Assembly: GCF_001194135.2 (NCBI RefSeq)
Contig: NC_068992.1
Span: 40,628,275 to 40,663,297, forward strand
Length of the DNA stretch: 35,023 nt
From: Octopus bimaculoides
Taxonomy: Eukaryota
Direction of reading: 5' to 3'
The notes beneath the pieces are model-generated. The model searched no databases. It saw only the letters and a list, made by a program, of their open reading frames with translations, and was not told the DNA's origin. The translations under genes were made by a program, and so were the position numbers. This document shows, in pieces, positions 21,453-31,877 of this stretch. Within the stretch, counting starts at the first letter, position 1; each line of letters opens with the position of its first letter.

Positions 21453-21662
21453 GGCGCAAGCTGGCAGAAACGTTAGCATACCAGGCGAACTGCTTAGCGG
21501 TATTTCGTCTGCCGCTACGTTCTGAGTTCAAATTCCGCCGAGGTCGACATAGCCTTTCGTCCTCTCGGGATCGATAAATTAAGTACCAGTTGCGTACTGA
21601 GGTCAATTTAATCCCCTCTCCCCCCCCAAAAATTTCAGGCCTTGTGCCCAGAGTAGAAAAGA
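21453..21662 (+). mobile_element. Full-length tRNA-derived SINE family B (young-looking)
   Basis: ggcgcaagctggcagaaacgttagca...ctgagttcaaattccgccgaggtcgac...gatcgataaattaagtaccag...aaaatttcaggccttgtgcc. Confidence 0.9.
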
Positions 21663-21899
21663 ATATATAATTAAAACATTTTATTTCGCTGAACCTCCAG
21701 AATTTTGTTGCTTTGCACGCGTTGAAACTCGTAAGAGTTACCTCCCTTAACACGAGTTACTTCCCATACTATGTTGCTATTAGTAGCAAATGCTTACCGT
21801 CTGCTTTCGAGTTGGTGTGAAAAGAAGCTAAGACTGTAACCAAAGAATTATGTTTATACTAAAAATAAAATGGTTACATTCATTTATTTACTGCACTAT

Positions 21900-22115
21900 G
21901 GGAGCAGTGTGGCTATGAGGAAGAAAGTTTACTTCCACGCCTGGTCAGGTTCAGTCCCTTTGCATGTCACCTTCTTATGCTGCAGGCAGACCAAAGCCTC
22001 CTGAGTAGATTTGGTTCACAGAAACCGAAAGATGTACGTTGTGTGTCTGTGTTTTCCACAACTGCTTGATAGTGTTGGTCTGTTCACGTCCCTGTTAATT
22101 AACAGTTTGGCAAAA
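21900..22115 (+). mobile_element. SINE family C, degenerate
   Basis: caggttcagtccctttgcatgtcacc...gaccaaagcctcctgagtagatttgg...gtccctgttaattaacagtttggcaaaaag. Confidence 0.7.
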
Positions 22116-22126
22116 AGTGACTCAGT

Positions 22127-22348
22127 TCATTAAGTCCCACTGTCATATAAATAGGACACTAAATGAGAACATTAAATAAGCTATATCACATTGTCTCAGT
22201 GTCGTATTTATAGGACACTGAGTATTTCCATTTCTACTTGAAGTAAAGGAGTTTTAATAGGTGTTTTTTTTCATTTTAACCAATTTTCAATCATTTGTAA
22301 GAATTTAAAAGTATTATTCAGAAATTTAAGTACTCTGGGACTTAATGA
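22127..22348. mobile_element. MITE with perfect 13-bp TIR (superfamily unassigned)
   Basis: tcattaagtccca (22127-22139) / tgggacttaatga (22336-22348); internal 9-bp stem ctcagtgtc/gacactgag. Confidence 0.7.
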
Positions 22349-22448
22349 GTTAATGAGAATCTTTGGAAAACTAACTTGGAAAGTCCAGACTGGACAACCA
22401 TTTTTTGATAATCTGTTTCCTTCTCATGAATTTTCTCGTGTTTTAGGT

Positions 22449-22815
22449 NNNNNNNNNNNNNNNNNNNNNNNNNNNNNNNNNNNNNNNNNNNNNNNNNNNN
22501 NNNNNNNNNNNNNNNNNNNNNNNNNNNNNNNNNNNNNNNNNNNNNNNNNNNNNNNNNNNNNNNNNNNNNNNNNNNNNNNNNNNNNNNNNNNNNNNNNNNN
22601 NNNNNNNNNNNNNNNNNNNNNNNNNNNNNNNNNNNNNNNNNNNNNNNNNNNNNNNNNNNNNNNNNNNNNNNNNNNNNNNNNNNNNNNNNNNNNNNNNNNN
22701 NNNNNNNNNNNNNNNNNNNNNNNNNNNNNNNNNNNNNNNNNNNNNNNNNNNNNNNNNNNNNNNNNNNNNNNNNNNNNNNNNNNNNNNNNNNNNNNNNNNN
22801 NNNNNNNNNNNNNNN
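22449..22815. other. Assembly gap (367 N); probably hides CCT3 exon(s) encoding about 60 aa
   Basis: Run of N. The expected RILxxEEE...KPDxVxTEKGxSDLAQHYL...RxRKxDNxRIAR segment was not found in the readable sequence between 19368 and 25644. Confidence 0.85.
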
Positions 22816-23210
22816 GTGTATCTTTTACTTGCTTCAGTCATTAGACTGTGGCCATGCTGGAGCACCTTCTTGGAGAATTTTTAGTCAAACGAATAGTCCC
22901 CCTGTCCTTATTTTTATTTTGTACTTCTTTTTAAAGCCTGTTACTTATTCTATCTGTTTCTTTTGTCGAACTGCTAAGTTACAGGGACATAAAAACACCA
23001 ACACTGGCTGTCAATTGGTGGTGGTGGGAGATAGACACACACACACAACGGGCTTCTTTCAGTTTCCATATACCAAATCCACTCATATGGCTTTGGTCAG
23101 TCTTAAAGCTATAGTAGAAGACATTCGCCAAAGGTGCCATGGAGTGAGGCTGAACCTGGAACCATGTGGCTGGGAAGCAAGCTTCTTACCACACAACCAG
23201 CTTGACCATG
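22816..23210 (-). mobile_element. SINE family C, near full length, abutting the gap
   Basis: tcttttacttgcttcagtcattagactgtggccatgctggagcacc...ggaaccatgtggctgggaagcaagcttcttaccacacaacc. Confidence 0.88.
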
Positions 23211-23721
23211 GTGTGACTTTGTACATATTTTCTCTAACTACCTGACACTAATCAATAAATATTGCTTTCCTATTATCAACAACCAATTTTTTATTTACCA
23301 AAGTATTAGTGAATAAACCATGAAACAATCATTCCATTCCTGACCCTTTTTCCTTCATCAAGAGGGACTGATGGCTATTACAAAACTCTACCTATCAACT
23401 ACTACGCTTGTCTTATGTAGAATGGTTTATTTATGAATACTTTTGTAAGTAAAAAAAAAAAATTGGTTAATAAACAAGGGTCCGTGATTGCTGTGACATG
23501 AGTTTGTGTGTGGGTGTATGGGTGCTGCTGGGAAAGTAGGTACCTATCTATAACTACAATATGTGTTTGTTTCTTGGTGTCTGTTAGTGCTACAGCAGAT
23601 GTCTCACTGTTAAGATGGTAGCTGTTACAGCATGTAGAGATGGATTTTTTTGCTTGGTTTTAAGATCTGGGGTTTGTATGTCTTGGAACAATTGATATTG
23701 TTTTAAAGATAATGTATTGAA

Positions 23722-24195
23722 TTAATCCTTTCTACTATAGGCACAAGACCTGAAATTTTGGGCAGGGCTGTGAAGTCTAAACAAAAAACTTTGACTCCAA
23801 CTCTGACTCCTGTACTATTGGCACCTCCGACTCCACTGTATGTAATTAAGTGATTGTGGTCTACATATCATATAAAGCATATGCATACACTTGTACTTTG
23901 AGTAGACGTTTATGTTATAACTGGTTTATATTAAAAAGAATAAAGATATCGTGAGTCGGAATCAGTCGGTATAGTTTTTCTGACTCCACGACTCTGACTC
24001 TATAGCGCTGATTTGGGGGAGGGGGATAGTCAGTTACATGGACCCCCAGTGCTCAACTGGTACTTATTTCATCAACCCCAAAAGGATGAAAGGCAAAGTC
24101 GACCTCGGTGGAATTTGAACTTGGAACATAACAGCAGACGAAATACTGCTAAGCATTTCGCCTGGCATACTAACAATTCTGCCAGCTCATTACCT
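23722..24195 (-). mobile_element. SINE family B interrupted by a hAT-type MITE
   Basis: 3' part ctttctactataggcacaagacctgaaattttg at 23728-23760; remainder gggggaggggg...ggatgaaaggcaaagtcgacctcgg...gccagctc at 24015-24188. Confidence 0.85.
23763..24010 (+). mobile_element. hAT-type MITE
   Basis: TIRs cagggctgtgaagtc / gactctatagcgctg; 8-bp TSD attttggg / atttgggg (7 of 8); subterminal gactcc repeats. Confidence 0.75.
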
Positions 24196-24274
24196 TAGTA
24201 TTGAATTAATGTTTAACAGAGGGACAAAGGTAGAACATTGGCTCCTTTGGACTGGCTGCTTTGTGCTTCCGTTT

Positions 24275-24960
24275 CATCATCATTGTTAACGTCTGCTTTC
24301 CATGCTAGCATGGGTTGGACGATTTGAGTGAGGACTGGCAAACCAGATGGCTGCACCAGGCTCCAATCTAATCTGGCAGAGTTTCTTCCACATTAGATTG
24401 GCAGAATCTGGCATCTTTTCCTTTTGATGTGAAGGAGTCTGTTTGGTTGTGTGGTTAAGAAGCTTACTTTTCAACCATGGGGTCTTGGGTTCAGTTCCAC
24501 TGACACCTTGGCCAAGTGTCTTCAACTATAACTTTAGGCTAATCAAAGCTTTCATCATTATTTAACATCTGTTTCTGTGCTGGCAGTGATTAAATAGTTT
24601 AACCAGAGTTGGTAAACCAGAGAGCTGCATCAGTCTCCTCTCTGTTTTGGTTTGGTTTCTACAGCTGGATGCTCTTCTTAATGCTAACCATTCCACAGAA
24701 TGTACTGGGTGCTTATTTTCTGTCACCAGCACTGGCGTTTTCTTGTGAGTTTATTTTGATAGATGGAAACTGAAAGAAGCCTGCGTGTGTGAATCAGCAG
24801 GACATGGTATGTGATACGGTTGTACAAGTTTTGAATCACTGTTTCCCCACTTTCTCTCACAAAACTTGGGCCCACCTGAGACAAGGGGTAACCAGCACTT
24901 GCTCAAGGATGCCTTGTAGTGGGATTGAACCTGAAACCTTGTGATTGTGAAGTGAATTTC
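24275..24960. mobile_element. Cluster of family A tails (minus) and family C fragments
   Basis: Family A tail at 24275-24400 and 24550-24740 (minus); family C head at 24440-24545 (plus) and fragments to about 24960. Confidence 0.7.
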
Positions 24961-25644
24961 TTAGTCATTCACCCATATTCCATCCTGTAAAAATGGTAAA
25001 TCTATATTGAAGGAATCAAATTGAGAAACTTGACCTGTTTTTCTGCTAAACTGCATATAAAAAAGAAAAAAATGGCTAAAGTTACATAACCTTTTTGGTC
25101 CCCTGTTTGAAATGACATGAATTGAAAAAGTATTTTGGTTGGTTTGATCAATGAAAGATTCCAGCTTTGAGTTGTCAAATGTGTGGAAGCTGAGTTGCGT
25201 TAAAACATTCTCTGAGGATTTAGTTGTGGTTTTTACTTGTTTGATTTATTTGGAGGTTCCTTTTTATATCTTGATACTTAATTCAAGGCGTGGTTGTCTA
25301 TCTTGTACATTACTTTCATTTGTGTTTATTTTTAAACTGAAGTAATTGTATATATATATATATAAATAAATACATGTGAGTGTGTGTGTAATATACTTTA
25401 CAACTTTTTATAATCTTGCTGGTATATGATCTGCCTGTTTGCTAATCAAACTTTCCTCCATCGACAGACCCCCTCCTCATTCCTTGATGTTGGCTTTCAT
25501 TTCACTTGGTTTGTTAGTGCATCTCTCCTTTCCAATGACGCTTTTCATTCTTGATATCCTGCACTTTGCAAATACCATTCGTTTTTGCTCCTCTCCTTTC
25601 TCTGTTTCATTTCACATTTCTCTTTTTTCTTTTTGTTATAACAG

Positions 25645-25743
25645 AGCTTCTGGTGCCACAATTGTTAGCCGAACCGAAGAAATCAAGGAGGAAGATGTTG
25701 GTACCGCATGTGGACTTTTTGAAATTAAGAAGATTGGTGATGA
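25645..25743 (+). CDS. CCT3: CCT3 coding exon after gap (R-ASGATIVSRTEEIKEEDVGTACGLFEIKKIGD-E)
   Basis: ttgttataacag| acceptor, GA|gtatgt donor, 99 nt, phases 2/2; FEIKKIGDE is diagnostic. Confidence 0.96.
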
Positions 25744-25821
25744 GTATGTGCTTTTTTTTCTTTTTTCCTTAAAATAAGTGATTGGTAGCAGTCCTGTTGT
25801 AGCCCTTTCTCATAAAATCTA

Positions 25822-25987
25822 CCATATTAACTTGTGTATAAGTCATATCCCTCATTTAGTGTTAAATCTTGGCACAAAATTCTTTTCCCTTCAGAGTTTT
25901 AGCTTTGCCCTGTGTATTAGTCGCACCATAGTTGCTACAATTAAAAATCAAATATAAAATAGTGTCTTTATGCACAAGTAAATACAA
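25822..25987. mobile_element. Small Tc1/mariner-type MITE
   Basis: TA at 25820-21 and 25988-89; TIRs ccatattaacttgtgtataag / ctttatgcacaagtaaatacaa. Confidence 0.6.
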
Positions 25988-27358
25988 TACTCAGCTTTTC
26001 AAGATAATTTTGAAAATAAGAATTGGAAGATATATAGCAAAACATTTCTAATAATCTATAAAATTGAAGTTGTGTGTGTACAAAAATTTAATGTACCTCA
26101 ATAACTTCTACATCTTTCATTTGATTTCTTCAAAATTTTATACATAGCTACCTCATATCTCAGATCTGAACATAGGCTACTTAGATTATTTAAAAATCAA
26201 TATTGGGGCCTCTAGAGCATTGGGAAAAGAACAATAGATGATTCCTATTCATTTGCATTAATCAGCTGTTTTATAATCTGTGGGGTCTTCCATATTAAAA
26301 TTTTTTTTTTATCTAAGTGGAAGGATTCACCAGTGACTAGGGACATTGAATGCATACCTTTCCACAATTCTCAACTTGTTTTCACCAAACTTTACACATA
26401 CATTACTTATGTCCTCAGGATGGTCATGCACTAAAATTTTGCCCTGAGCTCCTGTGTAAATAGACATAAATGGACTTAGTTTTTTTCTGTGTAGGGTGTT
26501 CCATACTTTTTAATCTATTTGTAAAACTGAAAGGATTTTGTCTATTTATTTCGACTGTCCAACTGTGACGTTTATTAAATTGACCAGGAATATGCGATGA
26601 ATATCCAATACCAAACAATCTTAATCTCCATATTTAAACTGCATTAAACTTTGGCAAGCTTACTTTTGTCTATTCTGAGTTACTTGAAAGGTGATGTTCC
26701 CTTCCCTCTCTTCTATTTGTTGATACCTTTGTTTACCTACCAATGCATTGTTTCACTTTAAGGATGCCTATTTACCCACCCATTATGGTATTTTGACTGT
26801 TATCCATTGTTTCAAATACGTTTTAACATTGTCATTGTAGCCTTTTTTTTAACAATCACAAATAATTTGTCCCAAAGAATCAACCTTTAAATAAGACAGA
26901 ATAAAGGGGCTTTTGTTATGTTGTCTCTCCCCAAAAATAACTCCCTTTGCTGTTGAAAAAAATAAACTCGCGGAGGGGGAGTTTCGTTTTCCTTCAATTT
27001 CATTACACCATTTATGTGGCTGTTTCTGACAAGAAATTCTGCTTTTATGTAAAACAACTGTATTTTGTAGCCATTATCCATAATCTGCTCCCAAAACACT
27101 TCAGTAGCTCTACTTTGCATTGCTTGCAAACTTATATTTGCTACGACATCTACAATAACCAGCCTTCAATTTAATTTTCCGTTCCTAGGATAATCGGAAA
27201 TGTAGATTACTGTGCGACTCATAAACCTTCTCGGTAGTTCAATTGTTTGGTGAAAACAATACCACCAAAGCAACTTAAACCGCCTAAAGGACGGGTGCTA
27301 GTTGAAAATATTTTTACATAAAATTATTATGGACAGATCTAGTTTACGAATCATTTAA

Positions 27359-27576
27359 CCGTTTAGCATTCAGATTATTTTATCAAACCTGACTCTTATT
27401 TATTCACATAGTTTTGAATTAATCATGCATTATCTTGTAACTTGAGATTTTGATGATGGGTTGTTTTTTTTTAGAATAACGTTATATGATTGGTATGAGA
27501 GGCCATATCTGGCTGGTTTGAATATAAAACAGGAAGAATATTTGGGCTGAATATGGCTGGCTTAAATGCTAAAGTG
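27359..27576 (+). mobile_element. Intact P1 piggyBac-type MITE
   Basis: TTAA at 27355-58 and 27577-80; TIRs ccgtttagcatt / aatgctaaagtg. Confidence 0.82.
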
Positions 27577-27750
27577 TTAAAATGATTGGATCATTAACAT
27601 AGCACCAGGAGTGGGTGTCCAGTTTATTGGTATCAGAAATATTAATGTATTGGAATTGAGTTTTAATTATATGGCAGCATATTTTATTGAGAGTTTCAAC
27701 TTCATATAAGCTCTAGATTTGACGAACAGTTCAATGTGCTCTTAATATAT

Positions 27751-28075
27751 ACCTGTGGAAGAGATAGGCCCAGGAAGACATGGAATGAGGTGGTGAAATA
27801 TGATCTTTGGTTGTTGAGTCTCACGGATGCAGTGACAAGAGACCAAGACTTCTGACTATTATTTGCTGTGCTTGAGAAGACGGGTCAAGCTAAGGGAAAT
27901 CGTGGTTGTGGCCTGTGTCGTGAAAGACACCCAGTGCGCCACTCTGTAGGGTGGTTGGTGTTAGAAAGGACATCCAGCCATAGAAACCAAGCCTAAAGAG
28001 ACTGGAGCCTGGTGCAGCTCTCTCTGGCTTACCAACTCTGGTCAAACTAACTCATGCCAGCATGGAAAACAGACA
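27751..28075 (+). mobile_element. RTE-clade LINE 3' end (5'-truncated)
   Basis: TCGRDRPRKTWNEVVKYDLWLLSLTDAVTRDQDF* matches the RTE C-terminal GRPRKTW.EVV..DL motif; followed by a 3' UTR homologous to the family A tail. Confidence 0.85.
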
Positions 28076-28468
28076 AATATAACAAAGAATTTAGTAAAAT
28101 AACTTAGTTATCATTAAGCTAGCATTAGGAACATAAATTGTGACTAAGGTTTGGTGGAAGATTTTAATTCGGAATTTATGAAAACAAGACATTTGTACTA
28201 CAGAGCCTGATATGGTTTCAGCCGGGCTGGAATCGATTAATAATTGTTTCTCTCTACTGACATGGGCTGTACAGTTTGACAGGATCTGAAAAGTTGCAAG
28301 AGTACATCAAGCGCCAATGTCCTACAGTGTGGGTATATCCTCACCAACACATCCCAATAAGCTTTATTTTTACGTTCATTTATTCCCATGTTTACACAGA
28401 TTGAACACATCTTGCATAAAACTCCATAACTGATTAAATTTATTGCCTTTTTTTGTTTTTGTTTTTAG

Positions 28469-28655
28469 GTACTTCACATATTTAATTGATTGTAAAAATC
28501 CCAAAGCTTGTACCATGGTATTACGTGGCGCTAGTAAAGATATTCTTAATGAAGTGGACAGGAATTTACAAGATGCTTTAAATGTTACTAGAAATGTAAT
28601 CCAGGAACCAGTTTTGGTACCAGGAGGTGGTGCTACAGAAATGGCCTTAGCACAT
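28469..28655 (+). CDS. CCT3: CCT3 coding exon (YFTYLIDCKNPKACTMVLRGASKDILNEVDRNLQDALNVTRNVIQEPVLVPGGGATEMALAH)
   Basis: gtttttag| acceptor, CAT|gtaagt donor, 187 nt; LRGAS, RNLQDA and VPGGGA.EM motifs. Confidence 0.97.
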
Positions 28656-29130
28656 GTAAGTGGTCAGATTTTATAGTTTCTCAAAGAGTGTGTTGTGTAT
28701 GGAATAAATTGTAATGAATTCTTCTAATTATATGGCTTGAGTATTTCAGTGTTTTTATTACTGTCTCTTTGGGTGGAGCAGAATCGGTGAATTGGTTTGT
28801 AATCAAGTCTTAGATTTAATCTTCTTTGATACAAAAGCAACTGAAACCACTTACATATTTTAAAGTGACTTAAATTAAAACCTTCCCTCTAAATTTATTA
28901 ATTTAAGTTCCAGATCCTAATTGTACGGCAAAGTTATTTAACTAAATTCTTTATTTTCAAAATTAATTGTCATAAAAGCCCATGTATTTTAACAAATTTT
29001 GGAACAAAGGATTATTGGTGCTGGTATAGTATGCGGTCTACTATGTTGTCAACCAGTATAGCCAGGGTTATCTACCTTAAAAACTACTCGTTATCACCTC
29101 ACCTTTCCACTTGCAGTTTACCTTACATTG

Positions 29131-29490
29131 AAATGTTGCTGAAAGATTTTTATACACGTGTCATCTTGACAGAGGAAACAGCAGTCACATTTTTAAAAGA
29201 CTACAATCTGCTGGATACACAACAAGAAGCAGATCCCTGCCATTGATGCGGTGCTGTCATGCAGGAGAAACGAAAGCATGACAGAGGTGGACAATTCAGG
29301 CCTGTACATCGTTGTCCTTGGAAAGGGGTGTCAAACTTCACATTCAGTTCATAAAGAAAACCGTTTTTTCCATTATACGGACATTAACAACAAATGAAAC
29401 TGCAAGCTGAACCTGAGTGAGATTTTAGAACCAAGATTTTTCTTTGTTTTAGATATACCCATGACCACAGCTGTGACTCTAACAGTTCTT
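29131..29490 (+). pseudogene. Merlin-type transposase 5' fragment (stops plus frameshift)
   Basis: MLLKDFYTRVILTEETAVTFLKDYNLLDTQQEADPCH*CGAVMQEKRKHDRGGQFRPVHRCPWKG[fs]CQTSHSVHKENRFFHYTDINNK*NCKLNLSEILE. The CxxC...RCxxxxC..S pattern is typical of eukaryotic ISXO2-like transposases; the DDE domain is missing. Confidence 0.7.
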
Positions 29491-29574
29491 TATCATATGA
29501 AATAATATAAGATTCAATTTTTCTTGTGTAATTCCTTCATAATGTACGAAGTTTTTTAATATCTGATGTGTTTT

Positions 29575-29734
29575 CGTCATTATAATCGTTTAACGTCCGC
29601 TTTCCATGCTGGCATGGGTTGGACTGTTTGACTGGGGACTGGTGAGCCAGAAGGCTACACCAGGCTCCAATCTGATCTGGCAGAATTTGTACAGCCAGAT
29701 GCTCTTCCTAGTGCAAACCACTCCGAGAGTGGTA
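29575..29734 (-). mobile_element. SINE family A tail nested in the Merlin element
   Basis: tcattataatcgtttaacgtccgctttccatgctggcatgggttggac...accaggctccaatctgatctggcag...accactccgagagt. Confidence 0.85.
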
Positions 29735-29792
29735 GACAAGGGAAATAACCCTGTTTGACACCGTCGTAGACCCTATAATATACTAGCACCGG

Positions 29793-29829
<37 letters not shown>
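29793..29829 (+). repeat. (ATT)12 microsatellite
   Basis: Directly continues the right Merlin TSD ggattatt. Confidence 0.95.
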
Positions 29830-29830
<1 letters not shown>

Positions 29831-30005
29831 GGAGAAAACCTTTAAGAAACTAAAACACATTCTTTATAAAAATTTTATAATTTATGAACTCAATTGACTG
29901 TAGCCTCTGTCTACATGGAAGACAATGGAGTTTGATGTGATTAACTGAAATTCTTCATTAATGTTTTATGATAAGAAAACTAAGTATTTTGGTTGATTTC
30001 TTACA

Positions 30006-30059
30006 TGTTGATAGTGTTGGTTGATTATTAGCTCTGTTGATAGTGTTGGTTAATTATTA
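30006..30059 (+). repeat. Tandem duplication, 29-bp period (tgttgatagtgttggtt.attatta x2)
   Basis: Two copies with a single mismatch. Confidence 0.85.
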
Positions 30060-30149
30060 CCTGTTTTGCTTGAGTAGACCATTGGCCAGTACACCCAGAT
30101 ATTCAGTAGAAGGAAGTATTTATAAATCAAGAAGGATATGTAGAGAGAT

Positions 30150-30860
30150 CATCATTGTCGTTTAATGTCCGCTTTCTATGCTGGCATTGGTTGGACGGTT
30201 TGACTGAGTATTGGTGAGCCAGAGGCTGCACCAGGCTATGAACATAAGTATCATATATGCTTTTGGCAATAGCTATGGAAGTCTTTGATGCTCTAAAGTT
30301 GAATAGCTGACCATATAATAACTGCTGTTTGATGATAAGACGTTCTTTTCAACAGAATGGACTGGGTGCGCTTCATGTGACCTTACTGACACTGGTACTA
30401 CAAAAATAAAAAGTACCTGGTCCATTCTGTGAAGTGGTTGGCATTAGGAAGCGCATCTAGCCATAAATACTAATCTCTTTATTGCTCACAGGGGGCTAAA
30501 CATAGAGGGAACAAACAAGGACAGACGAAGGGATTAAGTTGATGACATCGACACCAGTGCGTAACTGGTACTTATTTAATCGACCCCGAAAGGATGAAAG
30601 GCAAAGTCAACCTCAGCGAAATTTGAACTCAGAACGTAAAGACAGACGAAATGCTGTTGAGCATTTTGCCCAGCATGTTAACGTTTCTACCAGCTCACCA
30701 CCTTTAATACTATGCCAAAGCAGCCCTCACCAGTGCTGGTGCCATGTTAAAAACACCCAGTCGACTCTGTAAAGTGGCTGGCATTAGGAAAGGCATCCGA
30801 CTGTAAAAACCATGCCAAACAGTGGAGTCTGGTGCAGTGCTCGCACTTGCCAGCTCATCT
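30150..30860. mobile_element. Cluster: family A tails (30150-30240 minus, 30720-30860 plus) and family B SINE (30475-30700 minus)
   Basis: Family B copy: ctctttattgctcacagggggctaaacatagagggaacaaacaaggacagac...aaggatgaaaggcaaagtcaacctcagcgaaatttgaactcagaacg...ccagctcacc. Confidence 0.8.
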
Positions 30861-31309
30861 CCTGCCAGGGTTGGATGTATACAAATGAAGATTTTAAAAT
30901 ACTGTAGAGCTATACTGGCTCCTTGTTAATGTCCTTTCCTTTAGGAAAGGCATGCACATTGCAACTTCTTGTCTTGGGTAAACTGAGCAAAAATCATGGT
31001 GAATTGGCTGAGTTTTTAGAGTCTTGCTGAAAATACCTTGAGTTTTGTGTGATTCCTTATATACCAGTTTCAAATCCTGCTGCGGTCAGCTTTTCCGTCT
31101 TTTTGTTGGGGGGGTCAATAAAATAAAAGTACCATTCTTTGGCAGTGAACAGGTGGAATTGATAGGGTTGAACTGGATGTCTTGTGCTATTTGTACCGAG
31201 TTCAAATCTTGCTATGGCCTATTTGCGTGGTGGACTTTGTCACTTACAGAGCTTAATACTAGCACCACCTGGTTCTAAGGTGTCGTTAGTAGGAGTTCAA
31301 CCTTTTTCT

Positions 31310-31750
31310 CATCAATCCTGCAGCTTTGATATTTCAATGATGTCATTTTTTATTTTTTAAATGACATTGTAGAGTAGGTGTGAGAGACCAGATCTGACTG
31401 GTTGGGACATAAAATAGGTAGAATATTTGAGCCAGAGATGGCGAGTTTAAATTCTAATAAGCCTTTAGCATTTAGATCACTTTGTCAAATGCTAAAGGGT
31501 TGTTTATTAATCATGCATTATCTTGTAACTTCAAGGTTTTGATATGTTATTTTTAGAATGACATTGTAGGTAGATGTAAAAGGCAGGATCTAACCTTGTT
31601 TTGAATTAATCATGCGTTATTTTGTAGCTTCACGATTTCAATGATGTGATTGTTTATTTTTAGAATGACATTGTAGGTTAGGTCTGAGAGGCCAGATCTG
31701 GTCAGCTTGAATGTAAAACAGGTAGAATGGCCAGTTTAAATTCGAATAGG
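31310..31750 (+). mobile_element. Tandem array of about 3 P1 MITE fragments
   Basis: Repeated tttt(t)agaatgacattgtagg...gagaggccagatctgg at about 31355, 31553 and 31660; end-to-end junction cctttagcatttagatcactttgtcaaatgctaaagggtt at about 31462-31501. Confidence 0.75.
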
Positions 31751-31877
31751 TTAAATGATGTTGATGAAAATTACTGTGCCTTGGTTAGGGGTATGAAACG
31801 AACTAGTAAATTTTGTATGAATGACCATTAGTTCCTTGTTTCTCTTGAGCAAATAAATTGTATTTGTGTTTTTGCAG

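Larger units (their letters stand above)
29017..29790 (+). mobile_element. Merlin (ISXO2/IS1595-like) DNA transposon, internally deleted and non-autonomous
   Basis: Exact 8-bp TSD ggattatt (29009-29016, 29791-29798); 25-bp TIR with 21/25 match (ggtgctggtatagtatgcggtctac / gtagaccctataatatactagcacc); decayed transposase N-terminus with zinc ribbon. Confidence 0.85.

Noticed and set aside
20881-22448. Several AG acceptors tested as the missing CCT3 exon (for example 20905, 21296, 21681)
   Set aside because: All give early stops or no similarity to the expected RIL..EEE/KPD/TEKG peptide.
22353-22865. ORFs of 163 and 140 aa
   Set aside because: Artefacts of translating the N gap.
25778-25885. 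H/ACA-like two-hairpin candidate after the 25645-25743 exon
   Set aside because: The apparent H box and second hairpin are the left TIR of a TA-flanked MITE (25822-25987), and the ACA overlaps the stem.
26887-27330. 80-aa and 75-aa ORFs and local hairpins
   Set aside because: No recognisable domain or RNA boxes; cannot be assigned from sequence alone.
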